Source of the DNA: Fimbriosthenelais zetlandica
Lineage: Eukaryota
Length of the DNA: 64,000 nt
Direction: 5' to 3'
Assembly: GCA_977030845.1 (NCBI GenBank)
Contig: OZ365111.1
Coordinates: 25,544,001 to 25,608,000 of the forward strand
The stretch's first letter is position 1, and the number at the start of each line of letters is the position of its first letter. Positions 10,464 to 22,918 of this stretch are shown piece after piece. The position numbers were made by a program, and so were the translations under genes. The notes beneath the pieces are model-generated. The model was not told the DNA's origin and searched no databases. It worked only from the letters and a program-made list of their open reading frames with translations.

Positions 10464-11000
10464 TGTGTATTGGATGTATGCGCATTGGAATGTTTATTTA
10501 CTTAAGCTGAATTTCGGATAAGCTGAACGAATTTTCATTTCCCTTTAAGTTCAGCTTAAGTGGGATGCAGTGTAGGTGTGTGTTGAAGAGGGGTATGGAA
10601 CGGTGTTTACTTAGCGCTAATCTGCTTGGTATCGTGTCTATTTATTAGCCTATTGTGAGATCAAGGAAATCAGATGGAACTGTCTTGTGTATAGGCCTAA
10701 CGTTACATGAATTAGAATACACGTATTTAGAACTTGTGTTAAAACCCTGCTAGGCAGCTGTGGAAATGCAACAAAATCATGGGATAACTGGTTAACTACA
10801 TAACTCATGATGCATCAATTAAACTTGCTCCCACTCATATTTTATAGTATCAGCTCAGACCGAAAATAAACTAGCTTAATGAAATAATAAAATGTTTGAT
10901 CTAAAGCCCTATGTGGCGGTGTGGGGCATAATCCCAAAAGTTCAATGTACACAAGATTTGATAGCCAGGCAGTGTTGGATACTTCAGTGGTTACCCCCAT

Positions 11001-11129
11001 ATCTCTCTCCGGCCCTCTCTCTCTCCCTCTCCCTCCCTCCCTCCCTCCCTCCCTCTATCTCTCTCTTCCCCCCCCTCTCTCTCTGTCCCTGTCTCTCTAT
11101 CTCTCTCTCCCTCGCTGTCTGACTGTCTC

Positions 11130-11194
<65 letters not shown>
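11001..11194. repeat. (CT)n microsatellite / CT-rich tract
   Basis: Direct inspection. Confidence 0.95.
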
Positions 11195-11197
<3 letters not shown>

Positions 11198-11627
11198 ACT
11201 CTACTCTACATATCTACAAAATTAATTTATTCCAGATTATATAAAATACTTAACATAATACTAAATAATGTGGATATAAACGAGACGCGCTGGCAGACCG
11301 TGCCACCCACATTGTGAGGTGGCACGCCATAAACTGTTGACAAAAACTGTCTGCTCTGCTAACTTGTTTATATATGTACCGGGTATAGCATTTAAGTTCC
11401 ATCTAAGCCTAAGTTTGTGTAATATGTAGCTTAAATGAATTACTAGAAGATGATCATGCGCCTCCAAACTCATTGACTACTACTTCCAGGGCACCCAACC
11501 CCCAGGGACTGGGTCTCAGTGAAATAATAATCTTCGAAAATCTATAAATTAATTCTCTACATTTCAATAGGCCTATCAACCAGTGACACATTTCATGTTG
11601 ACTTAATTAACATGTTTAATTAAATTA

Positions 11628-13166
11628 AATGTGTAGGTCACCCGAGATTTGCAGTGGTGACAAGTTGAACTACTTGTGCACTCTAAATATCCGGCTGGGT
11701 GGTAGAATCCCTATGGTAGAAGCGTCTGCATATATAGGCCTAGTCCCTACGGTAGACGCGTCTGATACCCAATAGATTCCCCATGGTAGACGCGTCTGAT
11801 ACCCTATAGGCCTATATAGATTTTATATTCCCTGTGGCCTTATGGGGCAAGAGGCCTAGTGCCTCAACAGCCTAACGAAGGAGGTAAGCCCCTTCAGTGC
11901 CTCTCTCACTCTCCAATGCCTTTCTGATTCTGCAAACCTCCCACCCGTGGGCCCTTGAAGCTCGCTGACCACTGAAGCGTTAAAAAAGTTGAGGCTATTT
12001 TTGGCATATTTTCTCTCCAACTTTACCTCCTCCCATGATCCTTTGCGGCTCGATTTTTAAGAAGTTAAATACCTCAGCAATTAAGGTGTCTAAAATTACA
12101 ATTGAAACGGATTATTCTTAGTTGAGAGCCCCTCCAGGGGGCTATCTGGTTTTTATTCCAATAAAATTAATCTAAAATTTCAGATTTTGAAAATGAGCCA
12201 ATTTTCGTCTGTTAGCATTGATCTCTATGGAAGAAGAAGCAAGCGCGACAGTGGCGACCCGAGATTTACAGCGGTGACAAGGTGAACTACCAGTGCTTTC
12301 TCTATCGTATCCCCTTAGCTTAGACCACCATGCTAGACATAGTGGAACTGAATGGGACTTAGTGGCCGTAATTATGCACGCCTCGAGCGTTTGTAAGTAG
12401 TAAATAAAAATTAATGAATAAACTTGATTTAAAAGTTGAGATTTTCAAAATAAACCTATTTTTTGAGTTGTCTAACGTCTTCAGGTTAGACTCATTGTTT
12501 GGCCCCGCTATGGTGTAGTGAAGGAGGAGGGTAAGGTAGTTCACTGATCAGCCACGAGGTGTCGCCCCGGGTTCACACCAAGATTGACCACCGTCCGACT
12601 GAACAGAAGGTTTACCGTCTCCCACCACCTCACTTTGTCTAGATCATAGTAAGCTAGTTCACCTTTTTGCCGCTGCATATCTCGGGTCGCCACTGTTGCG
12701 CTGGCTGCTCCTTCCATAGGGATCCACTAAGAGACGAAAATTGGCTCATTTTCAAATTCTCAAATTTTAAATTAAGTTTATTGAAATAAAAACCACATAG
12801 CCGCCTGGAGGGGCTCCCAACTAAGAATAATCCGTTTCAATTGTAATTTTAGACCCCTTAATTGCTGAGATATTCAACTTCTTAAAAATCGAGCCGCAAA
12901 GGATCATGGGAGGAGGTAAAGTTGGAGAGAAAATCTGCCAAAAATAGCCTCGAGTTTTTCAACGCTTCAGTGGTCAGAGTGGTTCAGAGAGGCACTGAAG
13001 GGGGCGCCTGGTTCCAACACCAGAGTGGTTCAGAGAGGCACTGAAGGGGTGTCTGGTTCCAACACCAGCCAATGCTAATCGTCATAAATGTGTAGGTCAC
13101 CCGAGATTTGCAGCGGTGACAAGTTGAACTACTTGTGCACTCTAAATATCCGGCTGGGTGGTAGAC
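11628..13166. repeat. Pair of ~78-bp near-identical direct repeats (11628-11705, 13087-13166)
   Basis: aatgtgtaggtcacccgagatttgcag(t/c)ggtgacaagttgaactacttgtgcactctaaatatccggctgggtggtaga at both sites. Confidence 0.88.
11965..12977. mobile_element. Fold-back structure: ~325-bp inverted arms (11965-12290 / 12653-12977) with ~360-bp spacer
   Basis: ctgaccactgaagcgtt...atcctttgcggctcgatttttaagaag...gaaaatgagccaattttcgtct is reverse-complemented at 12732-12977; the match continues inward (gcgacagtggcgacccgaga / tctcgggtcgccactgttgc). Confidence 0.85.
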
Positions 13167-13836
13167 TTATATATATGTCGATTTAGCATTGGCGGCGTCC
13201 CCTCGTTCCACCCCGTAAAGTCAGCACATTTTCAAAATCTCAAGTTTTAATCAAGTTTTATTCATTCACAAGGTATGCCCTAACATAGTCCAGCTCTCAA
13301 TTTTTCAGTTCAGATCGTTAATGTAATACCTACCAGTATTTTTCGAGAAATACATCATTTGTATATATGGCCCAGGCCTACTACTCCCAATAGTTCACAG
13401 CGCGCATAATTACGGTCACTAGAGGAACTAAGTCCCATAGAGTTAACATTGACCTCTTTATTCCACTATAATATTAGCTACAAGCTTAGACATAGAGATT
13501 TTGCGTTGCAGTGGCTCTTATACAGCCGTGGAAGAAGTGGAACCATTACCATGTCTTGAATAACATACCAATCGTAGGCCTATCACCTGAAATTAAAGAG
13601 AATGGGAGAAATTATAATAATGGCAAGCACGTCTTTTGCGAGACTTCATTGTATAACTTATACATGTATATTTAATTCATTTTTTTAAGTTAGAATTGGG
13701 GGCTCTTTATCTACGTGCACATCTACATTGCCTTCTGCACAATGGATATTTCTAGGTACATAATATATACAACACACCAACACTAGAACATATATATACA
13801 ACACACCAACACCCTGAGGAGGGAGGCATTGGAAAT

Positions 13837-13928
13837 GGGACAGCTCGGAGGATTGAACCGCCGACCCTTCGATCATTGGTCAATCACCCTGTATGAGCTG
13901 GCGCTCTCACCAACTGAGCTAACTCCCC
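13837..13928 (-). pseudogene. tRNA-derived sequence (SINE head or degenerate intron-type tRNA pseudogene)
   Basis: Minus strand GGGGAGTTAGCTCAGTTGGTGAGAGCGCCAGCTCATA...GGTCGGCGGTTCAATCC: Pol III A and B boxes and D-arm intact; anticodon, T and acceptor stems mispaired. Confidence 0.65.
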
Positions 13929-14319
13929 TCCAGCTTCTTCATAGACCTACCGTAGCCCTACATTCTCACATACATTCATGCATTAGTTAGAAACTGAGGG
14001 TTAGTATAGGAAGGAAATATTACAATATCTTGACAAGATCCGCAAAAGCCTCACCCCGCCCCCACCCCCACCTACCCAGCATTTTCTCCTCACTTACATA
14101 TTCAGCCACCAGTTGGAGCGACCGTTCCACGTTGGTTTAACTTTCAGTTTTAGACATCAGGTGGCAGCAGAGTTACCTTTACGGATATTCAGTTAGTTGT
14201 CAGATCACCTACCAGGGGGAGGCTCACTTTTCACCCCTCTGTAGCTTACTTCGTCACTTGCAAGTGGGCTTTCTTCATGTTTTATTTCATTCATTCATTT
14301 ATTTATTTTTCATTATTAT

Positions 14320-15010
14320 TTTTACCCTCCACCTCACCTTTGTCCCCATCCTATCCCCCACCTACCCTGCATGCCACCCTTCGCACCCCCCCCCCCCCGC
14401 CCCCCTCCAGCTCACCCTTCTCTCCGTCCTTTCCCAGGTACCCTCCATCTCACCCTTCTTCCCTCCCCCATCTTACCTTGTCCCATCCCCCATCTCACCC
14501 TTCTCCCTCCCTCCAAATCACCCTTCTTCCTCTCCAGTCTATACCTTCCATGTTACCCTTAGCTCCCATTCATCCTCACCCTTCTCTTTCCCTCCACCCC
14601 CCCCCCCCCCCCATAACCTCCAGCTTCTTCTCCTCTCTCGAACCCTTCATCTCGCCCTTCTCCCTAACCCTTCCACCTACCCTATACCTCACCCTTCTCC
14701 CTACACTACACCTCACCCTTCTCCCTCACCCTTCAACCTACCCTACACCTCACCCTTCTCCCTCACCCTTCAACCTACCTTACACCTCACCCTTCTCCCT
14801 CACCCTTCCACCTACCCTACACCTCACCCTTCCACCTACCCTACACCTCACCCTTCCACCTACCCTACACCTCACCCTTCAACCTACCCTACACCTCAAC
14901 CTTCAACCTACCCTACACCTCACCCTTCAACCTACCCTACACCTCACCCTTCAACCTACCCTACACCTCACCCGTCGGTACCCCTCACCCACCTCCAGCC
15001 CACATCCTAT
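14320..15010. repeat. C/T-rich low-complexity tract containing a 24-bp minisatellite (~14650-14975)
   Basis: Unit cctcacccttc(c/a)acctaccctaca repeated; gives rise to the spurious Pro-rich ORFs. Confidence 0.92.
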
Positions 15011-16649
15011 GGATCCCCTTCTGTATAGACCATAAGGCTAGCGACATTACATGGAGATTTCCTACCATCGCACTATCAGACCAAACACTGATTGCTGCCG
15101 TCTGATTTTTTTCTGACATGGCGTCCACTGCTTGCCGAATGAAAGATAAATATTCTGTGAGGTTTTGAGGGGTTATAGGCCTATCCTATGATGAAAGGCG
15201 CGGAAGGGAGTATGTGACGAGGGCCCTGGTGGAGTGGGATGAAGATAGGACCCGGTGTTAAGTAGGAAGGTGTCCATTTATGTGATTGGTTTATGTACGG
15301 TTAATATGGGGGACGTGCTGAGGATGAGATGGTCAGGATAAGGGGTGGGGGCGGGGGGTTGGGATCCAGAGGGGGTGGGATGGAGGATGGGTCTGGAAAA
15401 AGGGTTGGGGGCGAAGGTAAGCATGGCCCTCTGTTAGAGGTCATCTCAAAAGTACGCAACTTTTTTTTCTAAATTTGAGTCCTTTAATTTGGAGCCAGAC
15501 CACCACTCTGTCTTAAAGTGTGAAAAACAATGGCTGAAATCAAGGCAACTGATATCCATGCAGTTTTTCACAAATTAAACTGGGCCTAAAACCATCTACC
15601 GGTACTGTTTTAAAGGACTAAATTTAGAAAAAAAAACTTGTGGTGAAGTTTTGAGATGGCCCCTTAATATGGAAAGAGTTCTGAATGAAGCAAAAAGGGA
15701 TTGGATGTGTGGGATGGGGGGAGTGGTGGCATGATCGGGAGCTGAATGTAAGCATTCCCTTATGTAAATATGACAAAGTAATGATGGCTTCTAGAGTCTC
15801 TGAAGCAATCATCTTAGGATGGTTATGTAAGGCAAACATGCGCAGATTTGACTAACCCCACATTGGGCCAGGAATTTAGGATTCTTTTGGGATCGTATCA
15901 AATAAACTCTCTTGCAAGATTTCGATATTGTGATAATAATTATCACACACAAATCACCTTTATTCCATGACGCACCTCTCTCCATATTGCACCACTCAGG
16001 GACGCAAGTTCCCAGGAGTTCTGAAAAATGAAAATCGAATTTTAAAAGTACTTAAATTTTGTAATCAAATCCTGTTGTATAAACTGAAAAGGGGGGATGT
16101 AAATGGGGGAAAAAATGTCGCTATAAGAATGGTACTTGTGAATCAATATTTTAATCAAAGTAGCAGGCTAAAAACAATGATTAAAAAAGAGAGCGACTTT
16201 TTGGGAAAAAAGTCCTAGAAATTTCTGCCACCTAAAACCACTATATGGCAACCCTGTACATTGCAATAACCACAGGACCAGGCCCTGCCAAAGCCCATAC
16301 ATATCTCCAAGGTAACTAACATATACACATATGACAGCTAGGTTGGTGGGTGAAGTCAAACCAGACCTAACATGGCCAAGAAGCCAGAAAGGCATAGATC
16401 TGTATTATACGGTCTCCGCCCTGGCCCCGGGTCGCGCAGCCCACCACTGCCTCCCCCTAGTTCCACTCAGGGTACTAAAATGTCTGTCGGAGTCAATTTG
16501 AGTAATTAGGGGAGTTTGGCGCGCCATAGCATAACCCCGGAAATGAGAGCTAATTGAGCTCGTGTGTCTCTGTCACCAATCATTCTGCCTTACTTGTCAT
16601 TTTTCTCTAGTTTCACTACGGCTTTTTCTATCTATATTCCACCCTCTAC

Positions 16650-16714
16650 GCGATGCAATGCAATGAGAGGCAATGCGATGAGAGGCAATGCAATGAAATG
16701 CAATGCAATGCATT
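16650..16714. repeat. (GCAAT)n-like microsatellite
   Basis: gcgatgcaatgcaatgagaggcaatgcgatgagaggcaatgcaatgaaatgcaatgcaatgc. Confidence 0.8.
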
Positions 16715-17898
16715 GTACCTCATTTTTCGCGATACGTATATATCAAAAGTACATTACATGTATTTCCTTTTTCAATTCATATTTATAAACTTTTATCGGA
16801 ATATAATGCACCCACCTTTCTATGTAATCATTTTTGTACAAAAGCACCAAAATTCGGATCAGAATTTCTGATGATTTTGGTGTATTTTTAAAATGTTAGT
16901 AATGTAGAAAAATTCATTGTGGGGTTAATACTATTCTACAAGTGCATGTTCATCACTTTCATACATTACTTTCATTAAGATTACCAAAAAATATAATAGG
17001 AAAATACAATTATTTAAGCATAGAAAAATAACATTTTCATACAAAAATATTGAAAAACAAATTGAAGAAAAAATCACAGATACATAATTGAAATTTCCCA
17101 CAACATTCAATGAAAGAATAAATTGGATGAGAAAACCCTTCATAGCCCATTTGGAGCTTAAAACATTTTTTCTGCTCCAACTTTTCCCCCGTGGAATACG
17201 CGTAGTAAAACGGTCCCTCCGGTCAATAACTTCATCAGGGACTAACTCCAAAGATTCAATGTGAACCCGGCACTTCCGTTTTGTTTCGGCGCGCAGGCGC
17301 ACTTTACCAATCGTGGCAGACGACATTCTGCTCTGACCCTGGGGTGCAGGGGGAGGCTAGGAGGCCAAGTGTTTAGTAATGAGGCCTAATGTAACCAACT
17401 CAAAACAATTCAATTTGATCGTGCCCGGCGAAATTGGTTCTTTTCTGATTACGTTTTCTTGTGTTAGTGCTTCTATCTGTTGGGGATGATGGATGAAGGC
17501 AGGGCTGTAAGGCTGGGTTCGTCAGCCGGTTCTTACTCCATCCTAATCTTCATCTTTTACATTTTCTAATGTTTTTTGGTATATTTTAAAGTAGAAATTT
17601 CACACAGGCCCTAATAGGCCTATATTAAACTGATCAAATTGAAAAGGTAGCGGCAATTCCCTTTATCTGCAGGTAGCAGCAATTCCCTAAATATCTGATA
17701 AATATGCGCATAAGTAAAGAATTCCATGACAATCGTTTTGAATTTGAAAAAAGATTCCATTGTTCCCTAATAACATCTTGAAATGACCTTCAATATTTAG
17801 AAATGATCTTTAATATAAGAAATCCACTGGGTTCTCTAAATTTATTGGGCATTGATAAATAACTTATAAATTATTTTAGCAAACTTATTTTCTTGCAG

Positions 17899-17993
17899 GT
17901 CCAAAAATGTTTGATCAAGTACGGTATCATCAGGTGGAGGAAACACGCTACCGGAATCATAACTTCTGGTTTTAAGACGGCACACACAACCAG
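17899..17993 (+). other. Orphan exon-like segment (95 nt), host transcript unknown
   Basis: ttattttcttgcag acceptor and CAG|GTAAGA donor; one open frame (VQKCLIKYGIIRWRKHATGIITSGFKTAHTT); no partner exons identified. Confidence 0.3.
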
Positions 17994-19392
17994 GTAAGAC
18001 CTATGTTAGGGCTAGCCTACATTCTATATCTAGACCCATAGGATATTTGACTAATTGTGGGTTTGTTCATATTTGAGGACATGTATTTTGTTCAAGAATT
18101 GTTAAATAGCCTTTTTTCCGAATACATTTGCGTGATTTTGTTTTGGAAACACCCACTTTTCCTCCCTATCTCAACATCAAAGTAAGAGTATGCGTATTCA
18201 GTCAGCATGCTTATTGGACGGGTTATTGGACCACTTGACAATTTCCCTTGTGATGAGAGGTAGTTGTGAGAGGCACGTGTCCTTGACCCTGGCACCGGAA
18301 GGTCAAACTTGCCGACCGGAAGCTAATGACACGTGACTGGCAGTGAGCGATAATAGGATTACCAGGATCCTTTTCCCATCAGGGCGCCATAGGCTGTGAG
18401 GGGATACAGTGGGGCTCCAACGACTCGAGAGTTTTGCTTAGATCCAAAAAGGCCCACTCAACATGATGTCTAAGGGTGCTTAAAGGTCATTAGCAAGGGC
18501 ATGGATGGCCCTGTAATGGTAATAGTTGGTACTTAGGAACTGCTTAATTATACAAAACATGGAGCTAGACCCGAGCAAGGGCTGGCAGCAGGACCCCGAG
18601 TCCTGACTTGTGAGGGGCAGGGAATGGTAGGGCAGGATTCAGGAGGTTATTACTAGAATTTATCACCTTATGTACAAAAAAACCTTCATATATTCATACC
18701 CAGGTTCAATTCTCCAAACATTCTTCAAATTTACCATTGTCCTTTTCCGCCCAGTGCTGCTAACTGGGATATTATAGGCCAGCTATCTCTCTCATTGCAG
18801 TGTGAGGCATTTAAAAGGAACCATTGAAGCTTTTTGAGAAGCAAGCTATATTCCCGATAGCGTGTTTCCTTCTCCTCCGGAGATATAGGCCTACATGTAT
18901 CTGGGAGACAGGACGTTAAACACCCCCTAACCCCTCATGACCCTTCCCCCTCCTCCAATTAAACAACCTTATACATCTCTGTACATATAGATACCTTATA
19001 ATTGTCTTATTACTTTAGTAACTTAGTAAAAAAAATCTTAATAAATCCAGTTTTTGCTACCCAAACTTGTTTTTGCTACCTACACTAAAGCAGTGAATTT
19101 CTGGCTGTACAATGCCTCGCACTAAGTTGAACTGATTAATTAATTGAAGCCATGGCATCCTTTCAATGCAGATGTTTTACATGCTGTTTCTTTTCATATT
19201 TAATTCTGCTGGGCCTGTAGTCTGGCCTGCCTGACATGTCAGAGGCCTGGGGTATCTTGGCCTCCTGTACATTGACCCAGATTGAATGCCCCCCACAATG
19301 AACATAGCCCGAGGAGATATAGGCTGAGAACTGTGTGGGTGGCTGAACAACATTGGTTATGCCAACCTGGAGATTCCAATTCAAGATCTGTC

Positions 19393-19578
19393 CTTGCAAT
19401 CTAAAGCCGGTACTCCACTGCTGCGATTTTGCTTGTACCAGTGGAGGACAGCCTTAAGGCCTTAGGCACTTGGACCACAATATATTAATTTTATTGCGAC
19501 ACAAGCATCACCTTTTATTTGTCGCAGTAGTGTCGCAAGCAAAATCGCAGCAGTGGAGTACCGGCTTTAGATTGCAAG
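19393..19578. mobile_element. MITE family B, complete copy
   Basis: ~42-bp perfect inverted repeat cttgcaatctaaagccggtactccactgctgcgattttgctt / aagcaaaatcgcagcagtggagtaccggctttagattgcaag. Confidence 0.88.
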
Positions 19579-20032
19579 CAAAACCGCACCAATGGAATAC
19601 AGGATTTATTGCTGTCTTATGTATTATATTAGAGGTATTTGGAATACTGGCGGTATTTCCAAAGATAATATAATATCTTAAATATGCTTATCAACTGGCA
19701 TACGGAGGTGGCTTACTATAATGCCTTATTGGGTCGGCACTTCTAATGTCCTTCTTAACTCAATCATTTTAGAGAGAGGAGGAGAGAGCTTCAGCTTCAT
19801 TTTTATGTGCCCAAAATTGAACATTAATTAATCTGGCCAATTTAAGCTGATAGTCATAAGTTAAGCCCTAGCTTAGCTCGGGCAGCACTTTAGCCTGTAC
19901 TAATTGATCTAATACAAGGTGACAGTAAAGTATCGCTGTAATCCTACCCCCACACTTAATCCACCATCATTCACAACCTTTTTAATCTGCGGAGCAAATT
20001 TGACATCAGTGATATGAACAGAGAGGGGGCGG

Positions 20033-20162
20033 NNNNNNNNNNNNNNNNNNNNNNNNNNNNNNNNNNNNNNNNNNNNNNNNNNNNNNNNNNNNNNNNNNNN
20101 NNNNNNNNNNNNNNNNNNNNNNNNNNNNNNNNNNNNNNNNNNNNNNNNNNNNNNNNNNNNNN
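20033..20162. other. Assembly gap (130 N)
   Basis: Run of N, adjacent to a (GA)n array. Confidence 1.
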
Positions 20163-20167
20163 AGAAA

Positions 20168-20170
<3 letters not shown>

Positions 20171-20227
<57 letters not shown>

Positions 20228-20530
20228 TGCGAGAGAAAGATTCGGAGAAAGAGAGGGAGAGAGAACAAGAGAGAGGGTAGAGAGGACCAGAGAGAGATTG
20301 AGTGGGAGGTTGTACAGGGAGAGAGGATGGAGGACGGCGCGAGAAAGACACGGAGAAAGAGTTAGTGACAAAAGTGAGAGTGAATGAGAGATATTCAGTT
20401 AGAGAAGGGAGAGCAGAGAGATTGAGGGCAGATTGAAGGGGACAGGAGGAAGGGGAAAGACAGGAGGTGGGGACAGGAGGAAGGGGAGAGACAGGAGGTG
20501 CATGGGAACAGCAGGGGGAGAGACAGCCAC
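20171..20530. repeat. (GA)n microsatellite and GA-rich tract
   Basis: Direct inspection. Confidence 0.95.
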
Positions 20531-21476
20531 TAGAGATGAGCACTTTATAGTTCTGTGAAGATCTGCCTCAACTCAATTGGAAGCTGTCTAAACTTTTAAA
20601 GCTTGCACACATGAGTGGGGAGTAGGAGAGTGGGGTAGTGAGTGATGGGATGGGGAGAAGCCGCCATCAATCATTTAATGTTTAATTAATCCAGGTTGCT
20701 TCCTATAGGACCGCCCGCCAACAGACACCGGCTGAATTTCACCTAATGGAATTGATGGCTCACAACACTCAAAGTTAGAGAGGATTGCAACTTTGAAGGC
20801 ACAAACAGAGAGTTGCTTGGCACATGTAGGCACATTAAGGTTGGATGGTTTATTAATGATTAATTGACACCTCTTCAGGTCTCTCACAGTAAATCTCATT
20901 GCCACTAGAATGAAGGAAATAATGGATGCTTAAAGAAAAATTAACTTGTAATATAATCTTTATGTAATTAGTGATTCACAGAGCCGTGACTTTGAAGAGG
21001 ACCTTTTTTTATATCAAAGTCGAGCTATGCCTTTAGTAGAACATACCCTTATAGAATACTGCTCTTGATGCTTGAGCAAGTTTAGCCCAAAAGGACACGT
21101 CCTTATAACAATAAAAAAAAGCAATTTTTGTCAGTCATGTGTCTTGGATAGCCTTATTGTTACATTAAACATTTTAAACACTGTACCCCCGCCCCCTAAG
21201 AAAAACAAAAACTAAACTAAAAAAAAGACGTTGTTATTTGCATCCGGATTGACTTAAATGCACCTAACCTGGCTTAAGCTTGATTAACTCCCCTAATTCT
21301 AATTACAAATTTATCTCATAGGCTAAAAAGTAGGCTCAAAAAAGTTACTTTTGGCAGAGTTACATGAAGGCTGATGATTATTTGATAAAAAGAGACCAAC
21401 TGCTCGATTAATCTGATTTATCTGGAACTTTCTAGATGCTACTCCCATCTATATAACACCCATATATATAAACTCG

Positions 21477-21830
21477 CCTTGTTTAGAGGTCATTTCTAAA
21501 GTCCCCCATGTCCCCATGTCCCCCATGTAAACTTATCCCCTTTTATAAAATAGGCGTAATTTCCCCCAAGTCCCCCATCGCATTTCTGTGCCATGTAAAA
21601 CCTTGTAAACTTCTTTCCCTTGTTTAGGAGTCATTTCTAAAGTCTACCATCGTCTTTCACTACCATGTATACATTTCCCCTTGTTTAGAGGTCAATTCTA
21701 AAGTCTACCATCGTCTTTCCCTACCATGAAAACTTATCCCTTGTTTAGAGCTCATATCTAAAGCCCCCCCATGTCCTTTCCCTACCATGAAACCATCTCC
21801 CTTGTTTAGGGGTCATCTCCAAAGTCCCTT
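21477..21830. repeat. ~60-bp degenerate minisatellite, ~5-6 copies
   Basis: ccttgtttagaggtcatttctaaagtc...accatg recurs at about 21477, 21618, 21678, 21738 and 21799. Confidence 0.85.
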
Positions 21831-21865
21831 TATTTGCCTTTATTATAGTAGAGCACACATGAGTT

Positions 21866-22227
21866 CAGGGTTCCCGCGGTTTGGAGATGATAAAATTTAA
21901 GACTTTTTAAAGACTTTTTAAGACCTATAATTTTCGTTTTTAAGACCTAAAATACAAACTTTCTGACAATGGATAGTCGACGAAATTGCCAGTTAAATCA
22001 TTGGAAAATCGTTAGTAATATCGTCGGAAGTGACGTCAACAAATTTAAGACTTTTTTAAGACCTTTTAGACCAAAAAGGCCGAAATTTAAGACTTTTAAT
22101 CAAATTTTAATTAAAAGTAACACCAGGGGAATGCACGAATCGAACGGTTTCATCGTACGTTGCATGATTAAATTTTTCACCACCAATTTAAGACTTTTTA
22201 AGACATTTTAATGCCGCACGGGAACTG
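21866..22227. mobile_element. hAT-like MITE with internal tttaagac repeats
   Basis: Imperfect termini cagggttcccgcgg / ccgcacgggaactg; multiple sub-terminal aatttaagactttttaagac motifs. Confidence 0.55.
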
Positions 22228-22715
22228 GAGTTGTTGGTCAGGTATAGTCAGATAGTGCTTTAATTATTATACACCTCCCCCCACCCTCACCCACCAATCA
22301 AGCACCTGAGACAATGAAGCAGACAGTGCACGATTACCAGCCTTGATTAATAAGGTTTGCCGGGTACCTGGGGGAGCTGGGCTCACGGCATGTGTCATGA
22401 GAGATAGTCTATACATGTATGCTACCACAGTCACTACACTCTTACTGCATTATTCACACTCTGTCCCTAAGAACAACCCATCCGCGTTTCACTATCATCA
22501 AAATTTGGGTTGTTTCAAAACAGAATTAGTGAGTGAGTGAGAGAGTGAGGGAATGAGTGAGGGAGGAGAGAAAGGAGGGAAGGAGAATGAGGATTCCTGG
22601 AAGGGAGTGAGCGCAGGACTGATGACAGGGTAGCCCCCCTCTCCACCCCCGACCCGTACAAGAAAGGGATTTTACAACTCATTGTGTGTATGATATATTT
22701 GATAAAACATTTTTT

Positions 22716-22918
22716 GGAGTGATAATTCATTATTTTAGGAGTGATAATGCATTATTTTAGGGTGATAATACATTTTTTTGGAGTGACAATAATCTTTTTA
22801 GCAGTGATAATTCATTATATTAGCAGTGATAATTAATTATTTTAGTCGTGATAATTCATTATAGCAGTGATAACGCATTATTTTAGCAGTTATAATTCAC
22901 TGTTTTAGCAGTGATAAA
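22716..22918. repeat. 20-21 bp minisatellite, ~9-10 copies
   Basis: Unit gtgataattcattattttag(c/g)a. Confidence 0.9.

Noticed and set aside
10892-11244. Ser/Leu-repeat ORFs (also 19909-20543 and 30717-31115)
   Set aside because: (CT)n/(GA)n microsatellite translations, some spanning the N gap.
13837-13928. Functional tRNA-Met/Ile gene
   Set aside because: Acceptor, anticodon and T stems do not pair properly.
14258-15035. 250-aa Pro/Thr/His-rich ORFs
   Set aside because: Translations of a C/T-rich 24-bp minisatellite, open in two frames because the repeat lacks stop codons.
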